Below, in pieces: positions 27,101 through 40,556 of a stretch of 64,000 nucleotides of DNA. The notes beneath the pieces were generated by a model that was not told the origin of the DNA, ran no database searches, and saw nothing but the letters and a program-made list of their open reading frames with translations. Origin of the DNA: Octopus vulgaris (taxonomy: Eukaryota); contig OX597821.1 in assembly GCA_951406725.2 (NCBI GenBank), positions 68,696,001 through 68,760,000 of the forward strand, in the 5' to 3' direction. Within the stretch, counting starts at the first letter, position 1. The number at the start of each line of letters is the position of its first letter. A program made the position numbers and the translations under genes.

Positions 27101-28001
27101 AGCTCTTATTTCTAGCATGTTAAGCATCCACATAGAAACCCCATCACTTATTTGAGGACTATTTGATTGTTCTGATGATGAAGGAAAACAAATATTTCCA
27201 AAACAACAAACAGGTTCTTAATATTTGTGCACAGGTTCAAATGCTACACTATTCTCTAATTATATTAAAAGTTTTTTTTCAAATGTTATTAAAAAAAATA
27301 ATGCTGAATTCCAATACCAAAATAATTAGATGTCTATCTTAACATTTAATTAATCAACAGTAAAATAAATCCAGTCTTGCCAAGGGGTGGATGGCAGAAT
27401 ATGTATTTAGTTGAACAATTAACCCATAATGTAACATAAGCAATTGATAAAACATTACTACTAATTCAACTTCTGTTAGGTCTCACATTTCTCAAAAATA
27501 TCCAAGAATACAGACTCGTTAGAAACAGAAGAAAACAATCTTCAACTACATTGCAACTTAGCAAAGTTGAAATATCTACACCGAATCAACAAATGGCATT
27601 TCAGTGAAGTCATCTCGGAATTAATAAGGCATGCGCTGGTTTAAGTTTTCTCTTGGAAAACAGCATTAAAAAATAACAGTACTTTGCATAGCTTTCCAGA
27701 GAATAAAAGCCAAAATTAAAAATAAAATAAAACATTAAACATATCAATGAAATGTTTGCAGATTACAGGAACACTATGAGAGAAAGGCTAGCTAATCTAG
27801 GCAACTAGCTATGATGTGAATCAAAGCAGATTTTCATAATAATAATAATAATAATCATGCCTGTAAAATAAAGAAACAGAGGAACAATAATAAAATACAT
27901 GGATGAGTAAAATAACATTCAACAACAAATAGGAAGTAAATGCTGTGAGTGAGAAGTAGTTATTTTAATATGAACGGTTAGTAAAGTGTCAAGCTACTTA
28001 C

Positions 28002-28072
28002 ACCAACTTTCTGCAACAAATCTCCTACAATGGAAAGAGCTGAGATTCGGGCAGCCGAGGATATGACAGAGC
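28002..28072 (-). CDS. nudE: nudE coding exon (C-terminal helix; phase 1 to 0)
   Basis: cacttgcag|GC...GGT|gtaagt, 71 bp. Encodes (G)SVISSAARISALSIVGDLLQKVG, compared with NDEL1 SARISALNIVGDLLRKVG. Confidence 0.95.
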
Positions 28073-31000
28073 CTGCAAGTGCAAACAGTTGAAAACATTG
28101 GCAAAAAATGGACATTAGCTGGAAGGCAGCAAGGCATTATTTCTCCCTCTCTCTCTTTTTTTTTTTTTTTTAAACATGCCCCCCCCCCCCCATTTATTTA
28201 TTTGTTTTTCTTCTGTTAGAAAGTTCTCTTGAAAGTGTAATATTGAGGACTTTGAAAATAGTAAAATATTAACAACAATTAAGCTGAACATTCCCAGCCA
28301 AATGATTAAATAGGTGCAAGAGGCAAGGTCTTAGCAATAATCGGAAAAAAAAAAGAGATTTTACACCTTACATAATTTCAGTTTATCAGTAGACCTAAAT
28401 TAACCAACCACACAGCCTAGTGCTCTTCAAGTTTCACCTTTTGGCTACTCAACTACCAAGCCATACTACAATACTACTACTTTCATCAAAAATGCAGAGA
28501 CTAAGCTATTGAAATGTAATTACTATCGTTTGCAGCTGTTTCAATATTTAAAATTTTCAAGTAAATACATAAGCAACCCTTCAACTTCTGCTAGATACTC
28601 TTCCCCTTTCTTTATCTTTCATTACTCCTACTGTATCTCATACCCAAAATCTTACAAGAAGCACTCTCCCAAATCCTTCTTCTCCAGAAAAGCAACCCAC
28701 TGGAACTGTCATCTCCCATATTCTACCATCAAGCTTTCATCTCAAGACGTTCAAACTGAACAGATTTCATAGATCCAATCACTTTCCAGGGGAACAGCAC
28801 CTCTGATTTCCCTCTCTCCACATATAGCATGTGTGGACATGCTCACACTTCCAGATGGATTTTGTTGAGGTAGATTTTCTATAGCCAGATGCCCTTCCTG
28901 TCATCAATCCCCACCTGTTTCAAAGCAAAGTATTTTCCCCATAGCTATGAAAGACAGGAAACAAACAACCTCACATACATAACAGTGATGATCATTTGCA
29001 ACCATAACATTAAGTCTAAGGTAAACACACAGGTGTGTACATGCACCTATGTGTGTGTATGTATGTATGTGTAAGTATATATATATATATGTATGTACAC
29101 ATACATTTCAGTTTCCGTCTACCAAGTTTCCATCACAAGGCATTGTTTGGCCTGGGGCTATACTAGAATACACCTACCCTTGGTATCATACAATGGGGCT
29201 AAACCAAAGACTGCAGCCACACCTTCACCTTGTACATGTGTATATGCATACATAATTCTCCACCAGTACAATAACATGAGGATCTGTAAACTCTTTATCA
29301 CTACCACTTCATCATTTCTAAGAAAGCATAGGTTTCAAAATCTGCTGCCCAAGTACAGAGCATGTGAGTTACAGGATCCTTTCTTAAAATGCTAAATATT
29401 TACCCAAGACATACAAAAATAAAATTAAATAGAGTGAAGGAAAAGGTGCAAAAAAAAAATGCAAGATGTTTTCCCCGTATGACAGCATTAACATACACTT
29501 GACTTCCCATAATGGAAAGGAATTTTAAAAGTAAAATTATCTCTTGCTAATTGAGTCTCTTGGCAACAAGATGAAACCAAAGATTAGGACATAACTAGCA
29601 AAAGAAAGCCACACACACACACTACCTCAAATACCTTTTATTGCATTAATTCTCTCTTTATTAAAGTTTTTACATATGATTCTACTGATGAAGAAAAATT
29701 TACAACTTTATCTAATACTGGTTTCTAACAGCAGGAGGAGGATATTCCATAAAGTTCCTCATAAGACCAAATTTTCTATGAATTCATTCATATGACTAAA
29801 TCATGGTATATCTTAGAAATGTATCAGGAGTGAATACTGAAAGATAAAACTGTAAACTGCTACGCCCTAACAGTTGATGAATTAAGTGAAATACAATTCT
29901 CTGAACTAAATCAAAACTAGGGTGAAAGGATCAAGAAAGAAGCTTCTCACAAAGAACCTTTCTCAGAGGTTATTTTATTTTGCTGGTGGTGTATAATTAC
30001 ACACTCACTCTTCTCTCAAGTTCTTTTTCATTAAAGATGTGTAGAAACAAAGTGGTTAGCCTTCCCAACATAAAACACCAATATAACAGTCAAGGGGTGG
30101 GGGAGACAAAAAAAAACATGATTGTAATGAGAATAACAATGACAACCAGAAATTAGCGAATAGAATATTTACATCATATTTCAGAGTAAGCACAGCAAGA
30201 AAATAACATGCATAAAAAAATAATACACAAATAAAGCTATAATAATTGTTAGTAAAGTCCTCAAGTTCAAAAGTAAAACAAGAAAAAGGATAGGAGGGGA
30301 GTAGAAAGGAGTGAACACACTGCAGGCAATAACAACTAATTCAGGAGTTATGAATAGTTTAAACAGCTATGAGCTGGCTGCTTCAGCATAGCTACAATTA
30401 AGAAAATCAAATAGCTTTCTAAACACATACTAGAGCGTGAGAGTTCACAACATCCAAAAGAAATATTTTGAAAAAAGATTGTGACCTCTAGGTGATATGA
30501 GAGCATTAAAAGACAATTTTATTTCAACAATCTGAAGACCAAGTCATTGCTTTACTAAAGCTTCGCCCAACACACCAACTACACTAACATGATCTCTCCT
30601 TCCTGTCTCTTCTAACATTACTATAGCAACTCTTGCTCCAATGAACTAACAAGCTCAGGATACAAACCCACTAGGCTCACTTTCTTCTCTTCCTCCCTAT
30701 AGTGCTACACCTGCAAAACCTTATATTAAACACTTCATTCTAACCTCCTGAAAATCTCTTCTTGCTACAGATTTTCCCTACATGTGCCAAAGTTACATAT
30801 AAGCATAACTTTGTGCTTTAGTTTAGGTGAATATCACAGCCTGAATATCACAGCCTGAACATAAATGAACTGGTAACCTTTTCTTTAAAAAGAAGTTAAA
30901 TGTGAAACTACTGAGAAATTATGTTAGTTCTGCAGATTAAAACTTAAAATTACACAGGTTGTGAAGCTGAGATGCTAAATCTATCACACTATTGTCATTA

Positions 31001-32067
31001 GTTTAAAACTTCTTGTGTAAGCAACTTCTCACTCAGAACATTGCTTCAGTATGGATGGCTAACAACAGAATCCAAACATACTTCATAGAGGAGAGCACAA
31101 TTTTTAAAATATCTAGCAGTAGAAGAGAATTTTGAAAAGAGAAGTTTTGAAGTTAGACAATATTAATATTTTTGTTTTTTTTGAAAGCCTTAAAAACTTG
31201 AATTAACAATCAGAACTTATGAATTAAAATAATTTTGCTACCTTCAGAAAAAGGAAACCAAAAATAATCTGAATGAATTAATCAACCAAACCTAACAGTT
31301 TGATAACAATTAAAATCGATAATAGTAAATGTTTTAAAAAGAACAACCAGAATATTCCTTTCTACTATGGGCACGAGACCTGAAAATTTGGGGGAGAAGA
31401 AAATAGTTGATTACAATAACTCCAGTGCTCAACTGGTACTTATTTCATCAACCCTGAAAGAATGAAAAGCAAAATGGACCTCAATGTTGTTTCAACTCGG
31501 AAGGTAAAGACAGACGAAAAGCTGATAAGCATTTTGTCCAAAAAACTAAGGATTCTGCCAGCTCACTACCTTATCAACCATCAATTTTTGTTACATCACT
31601 CGTAGCACAAAGCTCCATTTGTTGAAGGAATGGTAGAGTCAATCGAATCAACTCCAGTATTGGACAAGTCCGTATTTTATCAAGCTTAGATGAGATGAAA
31701 GGCAAAATGAGCTAAATCTAGCAGGAGATGAACTCAGAATGTAACCAGCACCAGAGTAACTTGATTAAGATGACTGTATTTAGCAGACAGGATGCTATAA
31801 CAGGAGAAAGTTAGACGTGGGTGCCAGCACCAACTCCAAACAAGATGGAAAGTAAAGTTGACCCTGACAAGATATGAACCAAGATAATGTTAGCAACAAC
31901 AACTATAACAACAGAAATAGGATAACATGGATTCAGAGGACTGTATTTAGTGGAAGAAACATTAGACATGGCCTGTCAGCACTTCTCAAACCAATAGTGG
32001 CCAGATGCAAGGCTGATTGTGTCCATGTGTGAAAAGGATTTTGGAAAAAATATCAATTGACCCTTAC

Positions 32068-32298
32068 CTTTGTTTGTTGTTGCTGTAGATGTAGTTGATG
32101 AGTTTTCTGCACTGTTTGGATTTGCACTGTTATCAGACATTGCTGAAGGTGTCCGACTATTTTCTGAAGAAGAAGGGGGTGTTGAGGTGACTGATGCACA
32201 TTCTACGCCACTGCTACTAGGGAGGTCAGGTGTTGATGAATGTTCAGGGACATCTGGCCCAAATTTCATGCCTTTTACTTTCAATTCATTTCGTAAAT
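32068..32298 (-). CDS. nudE: nudE coding exon (end of coiled coil plus Ser/Thr/Pro-rich linker; phase 1 to 1)
   Basis: ttttaaatag|AT...AAA G|gtaagg, 231 bp. Encodes (D)LRNELKVKGMKFGPDVPEHSSTPDLPSSSGVECASVTSTPPSSSENSRTPSAM...TTNK. The DLRxEL motif continues the family alignment. Overlaps ORF 31976..32284. Confidence 0.92.
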
Positions 32299-33479
32299 CT
32301 ATTTAAAAAATATAAAAATATTTATATACATACTGATTTCTACTAATGGTACAAAGAGACAAATTTATAAAGACAAGCTACATTGTTGATTTAATTAATT
32401 TCTTATAAATAGCATTTGAACTCAGAACATAAGAGGAAACACAACATAAATAGTTTTCCATTTAATCCATTGACCCATCTCTGCCATATAATCCACTGAC
32501 CAGGAATTTCTGCAGATACTGCAACCTCAACATTTGCCTATATATATTCAACTATGGCATACAGAGCTCTCTACGAAGATGGTGTTGGCCACAAAGAGTC
32601 CACCTGACAAGAGAAGGGTACCTTTCCAACAAATAGCAAAAGAGTAGATACTCCAATTTGGCTAGATAAAAACCAGAGCAAGATATGATGCTCAACTGGT
32701 AATATACAATGAAGATGATGTATATGTCCACCCCATTGACCAACATTTCAGAGATAGTTTCATTTCAGTTCATTTCGAGGTGAAACCACCTCTGTAATTT
32801 TTTTTTTTTTTTTTTTTTGCATCATAACTTCTTTGCTAATTATTATTACTTTGTCAATGATCACCAACATATCAAATGTCACTAATCTAATAGGATTTAT
32901 GCAGTAAGAATAATGCATAAATCTTTAGCTAAATATATACATTTTCCTATATTACTTCATATTTTTAAAAAAACTACCATTCGATAAATTATACAAATTT
33001 CACATTTTATATCTCTGAAGAGTAAAATAGTTGTCTATAAATGCTTATCAATATCGAATTCCATTATAGGGACGGCACATCTGCGAGACGATCATAAGAT
33101 ACTTTAAAAACTTAATTCGAAACTTTTAAAATGTCATTATTATATATTTATACTTATACATATTTACATATATTTATATTTTTAATACAACAATTATTTT
33201 ACATACATATATCTTTCTGAAGAATTTTCTAATATTGATTTCCTGATATTAATAATAATACATTATATAAAATATATATAGTAGGAATAATGCATTCAGT
33301 AATCTGATGCTTGTTTATGCAACCTAACTAGATAGATTGTACAGATTATAAATTTATGCTGGACAGAAATGGATGTTGAGGCTTTTATTTCCTTTTTTTT
33401 TTTTTTTTTTTTTTCCAGTGACAGATTCTATTGCTGTTTCCAAAATGTCAGCTGCTATTGTTAATAATGTAGTTGCTGC

Positions 33480-34090
33480 TGCTAAAAGTTGATTTTGCCC
33501 TTCAATGTGTCTGAATGGCCTTAAGTGGTTTGTAGCAGCACATGTGTGACATGTGGGCTTTCTCTTTTCACCTAAGTGTCATTTGCTAACTCAATCAGGT
33601 TGGGCATTTGTTTCTGGCTTCACATCTACAGCCCTCATCTTTGTCATCCAGCAACCCCTTATAAGATGGAATGGGGATAAAATGCTTCACTTTTAACCAG
33701 GGAGATGGAATAGCTCACAATTGACGAAGGTATTTTTTTCCATGTTGCCTTCAAGTGCTTCTCAGCTTGGGCATATAGGTTGCTTTTTTTTTTTTTTATT
33801 ATAATAACTTTTCATACCTATGGAGCAATATCGTATTGTGCAATGCTCAGCACTTCCCATTACCTCCAGGGGCACAGTTAAGATGACTTTTCTGCCCTCT
33901 TTTTGAACACATCCTCAAGTTCATCTTGACCACTTTCCATCCTTAGGCACTTTTCTAAGTGCAGCTCTTGCAAAGAAGCAGCTTTGCCGTAGGGGCTGCC
34001 GCAAATGATGGTCAGCTGCAGCCAGCTGCCACAGTAAAATTTGTGGTTGTGTTGCTCAGGTTCACTAGTTGCCGTTACTTGCTGACATTT
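33480..34090 (-). pseudogene. Degenerate LINE ORF1 / gag-like fragment with zinc knuckle
   Basis: GC-richer island. Minus strand at about 33515-33575 encodes GEKRKPTCHTCAATNHLRP (C-x2-C-x4-H); frames are disrupted. Confidence 0.4.
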
Positions 34091-34266
34091 TTAATAAAAA
34101 TATTTGTCTGCAAACTGCAGAAAAGAACTACAATTCTTATAATTAACAAACAAAAAAGTTTAGATATGCTATTTTTCTCATAATGTCTTAATTATGACTT
34201 TTATTAATGTTTATGACCGGGCAGTTTGAAATAGTAGTAGTAGTAATAACAGCAAAATATCTTTAC

Positions 34267-34357
34267 CTCTTGCTTCATCTTTTAATCTCTGAATAGATTC
34301 TCTGAGAATTTCTTTGCCATCAAGTTCATTCTCTAGGAAAACATTTCTCTCCAAAGC
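34267..34357 (-). CDS. nudE: nudE coding exon (LIS1-binding coiled coil; phase 0 to 1)
   Basis: tttgtctaaag|GCT...AGA G|gtaaag, 91 bp. Encodes [30 protein letters not shown](D), matching the hallmark [29 protein letters not shown]. Confidence 0.95.
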
Positions 34358-35986
34358 CTTTAGACAAAGAACATTTTAGTATATAACATATATAAAACAC
34401 TCAAAAATATATATTTCCATCATCAAAATCATAGCTGGTAAGTCAGGATGACTGAAAACACTCAGTATTGACCAATTACTCAAAAGGAAGCAGACTAAAT
34501 ATTTTGTACTCCTGTTGCCCTGCATTACTGGACCCAGTCTACACTAGATTAAAGAATAGCAGCTAGAAAAAGCATTAATTATTTTGGTGTGTACCAAGCA
34601 ATCCTTGTTTATATAGAAAAAAAACACTTCCTTTCAATGAATATTTTAAAGCTTAAATTTTAGAACAAAGAGGTTACAGTGACACTTAAAATCATTACTA
34701 TCATCATTGTTTTAACACCCAAGTTCATCATCATCATCATTTAATGTCTGTTTTCTATGCTGGTATGAGTTAGATGGTGTAATAGGAGCTAGCAAGCTAG
34801 AAGACTGCACCAAGCTTCACTGTCTGTTTAGTCATGGTTTTTTACAGTTGGATGCCCTTCCTAATGCCAACCACCTTACAGAGTGGACTGAGTGCTTTTT
34901 ACAGGGCACCAGCACCCGAATTAATGCTGTAAGGTCTGTCATGAGCCCAAGGTCTCATATAGTAGGGGACTAACTGGGATTTCATGGTGTGTAAGTGACT
35001 GAGATTACCCTCTGAACAGGACACCAGTCCATCACAGCTGTTGCTAGAACTCAATTACAGCTGAAGTGTTATGGCCACATCCCATGGTAAAGAAGATTGG
35101 CCAGCAGGAGTGCTGTGCCAGTGCCACATAAAATGCACTCATGTCAGTACCATGTAGAAGCGCACTTGTGCCATGCTACATTAAAAGTACCTAGCACACA
35201 CTGTGAAGTGGCTGGCATTAGGAAGGGGATCCAGCTGCAGAAACCAAGCTAAATCAGACTAGAACTTTGTACAGCTCACCGGCTTGCCAGTTCTGGTCAA
35301 ACCACCCAACCCATGAAAACAGATGTTAAAGGATGATGATGAAGGTGGACCGGAGCAATATGAAATGAAGTGTTATCTTCAAGAATACAACATACCATTC
35401 AGTCTGGGTACTGAAACCATAATCTTACAATTTTGAGTGCAACATGTTATGCAATAGGTCATGTGCCTTCACAAATAATCCTGTAATACAGTAAAATGTT
35501 GTGTTATCTTATCTACAAGGTGAAGCATCATGAGATTTTATTCACCCACTGCTCACTTCTTCCTATCTAGTTTTAGTCTTCCTACCTCTCTATCTAGCTA
35601 TCTCTCGACACCTAGCACACACCATTTTTTCAGTAAGTATTCCAGTATATCCAAACAAAAACTTAAGTTCAGTTACAGGTGACAAACCAGACACCACATC
35701 TGCATTATTATGGTGTTTGACTGTGGGAGGTGTCAAATCATGCATCTCTTTAGACATAGCTGACTCGAGAGATATATAAACAACAAACTCCAGGCTTGTA
35801 ACTATTAAAAATCTGCTTCAGTAATTCTTAAAAATTTCATATTTTCCATAATTACCATAACCTATACCAGGATGGAAAAATTCCTAATGAAACCTCATAT
35901 TCCTTTCACCTCTGTATTTGGTTTACAAGATCCTTGATGTAAACTTGTGTTTGGAACCATGATTTGTTGTATCTCAAGAGGTTTGT

Positions 35987-36335
35987 TATGGCAATAATAA
36001 ACACACACACTGGTTCTATTTCACTTATTTCTTAATTGGTTTATCTATCTAACCAATTAAGTGATTGCTTGAATAAATGTTTGTTCAATCAATCAGCTGG
36101 CTTTTTTCTTCAAAGTCCTGTTTGTCTGACAAACAGACCAGGAGTAGAGAGAGTATGTCCATGATGAGGTTTATGAATAGCAACAAAAGGAATTTGACAA
36201 ACCTAACTGATTGATAGACCAAACAATTAATCAATCAATCAATTAGTTAGTTAACTGCTTAAAAGGTTAAAACAATTGACAAATAAATAGCAAAGAAGTG
36301 AAACTGAACCTGTGTGTGTTTTATTATTGGCATAG
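35987..36335. repeat. Degenerate long fold-back (inverted repeat)
   Basis: Outer arms tatggcaataataaacacacacactggttctatttcactt / aagtgaaactgaacctgtgtgtgttttattattggcata; inner arms tgtttgttcaatcaatcag / ctgattgatagaccaaaca. Confidence 0.7.
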
Positions 36336-36413
36336 TGATCCTCCCATGATGTGATAACATATATTCCTAATATGTTCACAAATTAACCAAAAGAATGAAA
36401 ACTGAAAATTTAC

Positions 36414-36459
36414 CATGTTGAGATTCTTTTCAAAATCTGTCAATGACAATGCAGCAATT
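36414..36459 (-). CDS. nudE: nudE small coding exon (phase 2 to 0)
   Basis: tttgtttacag|A...ATG|gtaaat, 46 bp. Encodes (R)IAALSLTDFEKNLNM, compared with NDEL1 ATIVSLEDFEQRLNQ. Phases fit both neighbouring exons. Confidence 0.9.
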
Positions 36460-36819
36460 CTGTAAACAAACAAAACAAAAAAGTTGCAGTCAAATAAACA
36501 AACACAGGTAACAAGGTGATCAGAAATTCATAAACTAAAAAAGTTATTTATAAGAGTTAGACACTTTGATACTTCCTGGAATAAAAGCATTATATAGGAA
36601 GTCATCGTCAATCACATATACATTATGTATATTTAGTCATCTGTGTGCATGAATGTATACAATATACACTCACATAGAGGCCACTCTTCAATACAGTTTT
36701 CATCAACAAATTTTACTCACAGGGTACTGGAACCTAACCTAAGACCATGGGGTAGTCAAGCAAAGTTTTTCACACAGCAATGTTTGCATCTAATAACATT
36801 TAGGAATGTTTGCAATATA

Positions 36820-38057
36820 TTGGGTTGGCAACTAAGTTTCAGCTATTTTTTTTTTTAATTTTGGAATCTATTTTTTTTCGAGAATTCTATTTTTGAATCA
36901 TTTTGGGATCTATTTTGTTTTTTGTTTTTTTTTTCCTAGTTAATTTTAGTTAATTTCTGTTTATTTTCAGATCATTAAGATGGAATGTCAAGTTACGAAG
37001 AACAAGCATTTTCGACACGTTCTTTTTGCTTTTAATCAAGGTTCTAAGGCCGCAAAAGCTGCTCACAACATTTGTGCTGCGTACAGAGAGGGTGCCATAG
37101 CTGAAAGAACCGCTCGTGATTGGTATGCCAAGTTCAAAATTGGAAATTTTGACCTCAAAGACGCACCTCATTCTGGCCGTTGAGTTCGATGAAGAGCGAT
37201 TAAATCAACTTTTGCATGAAAATTCTCATCAAACAACAATGGAACTGGCAGAGAAAATAGAATGCTCCCACACTGCTATAGAGAAGCATCTTCACTCGAT
37301 GGGAAAGGTTCAAAAGTATGGAGCATGGGTTCCGCATGCTTTAAGTGACAACAACAAAAACCAATGAGCCACAATCTCTGCTGGTTTGCTTGCTCGTCAC
37401 TGCTCAACTCATGGATACAAACAACAATTTCTTTATCGAATCATTACTGGCGACGAAAAGTGGTGCCTGTACATCAATATGAAGCAGCGTAAGGAATGGT
37501 TTAGCCTTGGTAAAGAAGCAACACTGCACGTGAAACAAGATCATCTACATAAAATGGTGTACATATGGTGGGACTGGGAAAGGATTATCCATTACAAATT
37601 GCTTGAATGGAACCAAATGGTCAACATGGAACTACGTTCAGATAGAACAACTATCGGCAGCATGGAATTCTGCTGCTGCATGACAACGCCAGCCCTCATA
37701 TCGCCAATATGACCAAGGAAGCCATTCAATCACATGGCTGGGAAGTGCTGCCACACCCACCGTACTCTCCTGATTTGGCACCAACGGATTTCCACCTCTT
37801 TTGATCTCTTTCAAATGCTATGCACAGAGTTTTGTTCAATACTGATGCAGAATTTGAGAGCTTGGTTGGATCAATTTTTCGAGGCAAAATCAGGTGATTT
37901 CTACCAACGAGGTATTGAAAATCTTATTGAACGCTGGGAAGAAGTTATAAACAACAAGAGTGAATACATTATTGATTAATTAGTTGTTATTTTTTATTAA
38001 ACTTTTCAAAAAATTGAAATTTTAAAAAAACCGGCAGGGACTTAGTTGCCAACCTAA
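36820..38057 (+). mobile_element. Near full-length mariner (DD34D) DNA transposon, mellifera-subfamily-like
   Basis: TIRs ttgggttggcaactaagt (36820) and acttagttgccaacctaa (ends 38057), TA on both flanks, 1238 bp, internal transposase remnant. Confidence 0.95.
36980..37979 (+). pseudogene. Mariner transposase pseudogene (frameshifts and stops)
   Basis: Split over several ORFs: HTH region MECQVTKNKHFRH...RDWYAKFK...DAPHSGR, then WVPHAL, ITGDEKW, LHDNASPH, YSPDLAPTDFHLF. I count 34 residues between the second and third catalytic D. Confidence 0.95.
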
Positions 38058-40407
38058 TATTATAGTAAACAATAGTTTAGGTTCACAATATACAATTTTT
38101 CTTTGATCAAGAGCAAGGTACATTTGTACGAAAGGACAAATGGATAGCTAGATGCATGCATACATACATACATACATACATACATACATACATACATACA
38201 CGTGTATGTTAATGAACTCAATTAAAAATAAGCTAGAAAATAGACATTTGTGTTGGATTAACCAAGATTAAAACCTACTCACCTACAAATAAAACATAAA
38301 CACAGCTGACTAATATAATTATTAACTATCAGCAGATTTATAAGCAATGGCTAATCAGAACAGGATAATCTATGATTAACTCAAAATTGTGCATAGTGTA
38401 TAAGTTGCAAAAGATAATATTTACTCCAAAAATATAAGTGAGGAGTGGTTACCAGTTGTGATAATGGTTGTGAGGAAATTAAGTGTCAACTAATAATTAA
38501 TCTCAGTGACCACTAAGCCAAAAGATTAAAGGAGCTTTAAAGCAGAGCAAGTTACTGAAAGTGGATGTAGATGGAAATATATAGCCAACTGAAAGCAGGT
38601 CAGTTTTGTTAAATACACAGTACATGAGTGCTGGACATTGTGTCAATAAGATATGCTACTAATCTCAGCCTGTCTCGCCCAAAGATATAGGTTGGCCAAC
38701 TATAACATTTTAATTATTCATCCAGTTCTGTACTTTGAATAGTAAAAATATAGGATTTGAAGCAGTTTAGAATCTCATCATCTAAATGAAACAAATTATT
38801 AATTAGATCTGATTTAGCATTTTCTTTTCTCTGTCACATATTACCTAATCAGCTATGGAGGAGGGTATTCTGAAAATATAGTTATCAGAATAAGAATAGG
38901 GTGGAAAAAGTTCAGAGTTATCACCTCTGCTGTCAACAATGGGATTCTCTCCCCCAAGTAGAAATACAAGGAGAGAAAAGTAAATCAGTTTATAGAAATA
39001 AAATCATTCTCATATGATACAGAAAACACCCTTCAGAGAAAATCCATACATCCAAACACTAAAATTTCAAGACATATAGTGATAAAAAAAATATTGTGAT
39101 GAAGAGCCCCAGCTTAAATGTTACTAGACATGTACCCATCATAGTGTTGAGAATTCAAAACATTGTCATGTCAACTCCTCAGAATATACAATGTTTTTTT
39201 TGGGTTTTTTTCAATTTACCAACAAGCACAAACAGATTATGGTTTCCAACTCTTGAGCAGTCTGCTTAAAATAGGCAACTAGGAAAGCAGTAATCCTCAA
39301 GATGCAGTCCAGCAAATGTCAATATTTGCCCTTGAAATTTATTGATTGACTTAATGTTTATGTGTTCTGGAAAGTGATGTTTGCTAAATCTGTTGATATG
39401 AGTGGAATTCTGGGTAAACTGCATCCTCTCTTGATGCACTCATTCAGATCATGCAATGGACACGCCAGTTGAGGAACACCTTCAATGTCAATTTGTTTTC
39501 TGTCTTAACCACTGCACTTACAGGAGTTGAATTGATGGAACCACGACAGTCAGAAAGAACTCTCCTTTCCCTAACTTTTAACAAATTTCTGACAAAAAAA
39601 CAAAAAAATAAATAAAACTGCTGCTTCCTAAAAAGATTGATTTACATGTTTTTTTGACAGTTTGAAAATTTTTAACTTCAGTTCAAAGTGATGAGGATTT
39701 AAAGCCACTGCAGATTTCATCGGCCTTTGTTCCTTTGGAGATTAATAGAAGGATCTCACAATCCCACTGCAACTCCTCCCATTTGACATCTATTGTCAAC
39801 CCAAGTCTTGCAATGTCCTTCCCAGGGCCTCCACAGTTCTATGTGCCATTGTGCATTTAACATTGACAATCATTTGCTATCTCTTAAGAGCATGTCCAGG
39901 TCCCAAATTTTTAGCAATGCTGCAAATAGATGTCTCATTTGCATCCAAGTCCAGAGTATACTTGGAAATAATGTCCTTCATGGCTTTCAAGAAGAAGTGT
40001 GATAGTAACACCTTAAGAAACAAAGGAAACGTTATGTCTATGTTGACAGACTTTGACAAGCAGCACATTGATTGGAAATGTCTTTTCAGTTATCCCATGA
40101 CCATCAAGAAACAAAAATTCAACACTTCACTATTTTGCACGTAAAGAGTTTATTCCACTGCTTTTCACAAGTTAAAAGTGCAGAACATTCAGGCTTTTAT
40201 GCCGTTTCTGTCGACCAATTTCACTCACACGGCACTGGTCAGTACAAAGCTATAACAGAAGAAACTTGCTCAAGGTGCCACACAATAGGATAGATCCTAC
40301 AACATATGGTAGTTACGAAGTGAACTCTATATCCATGCAACTCTGTATCCATGCAGTTGTGCCACCAACCCACCCTCCACACACACACAGTATAACACAT
40401 AACCTAC

Positions 40408-40556
40408 CTGTTCTGTCTTTCCAAATCATCATTAAGCTGCTCTATCCGAATTATGTATTTCTGGTGTTCTTCCTTCCAAGCCGTAACCTCACAAAGATCT
40501 GTTTGTAGTTTTGATACCTCGTAGTGACGTGCTGTCTGCAAGGACTCTAATTTACG
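40408..40556 (-). CDS. nudE: nudE coding exon (coiled coil; phase 0 to 2)
   Basis: ttctgcag|CGT...AG|gtaggt, 149 bp. Encodes RKLESLQTARHYEVSKLQTDLCEVTAWKEEHQKYIIRIEQLNDDLERQN(R), matching the NudE motif KYVRELEQANDDLERAKR. Confidence 0.95.

Noticed and set aside
28073-28118. Upstream alternative acceptor (cttccag) for exon 28002-28072
   Set aside because: It adds 46 nt and frameshifts the conserved C-terminal helix.
32070-32306. Plus-strand 78-aa ORF
   Set aside because: Antisense shadow of the Ser/Thr-rich nudE exon.
39240-40140. Possible decayed LINE or transposase coding fragments (also 32480-32790 and 44650-44950)
   Set aside because: Only vague resemblance; I could not read a diagnostic motif with confidence.
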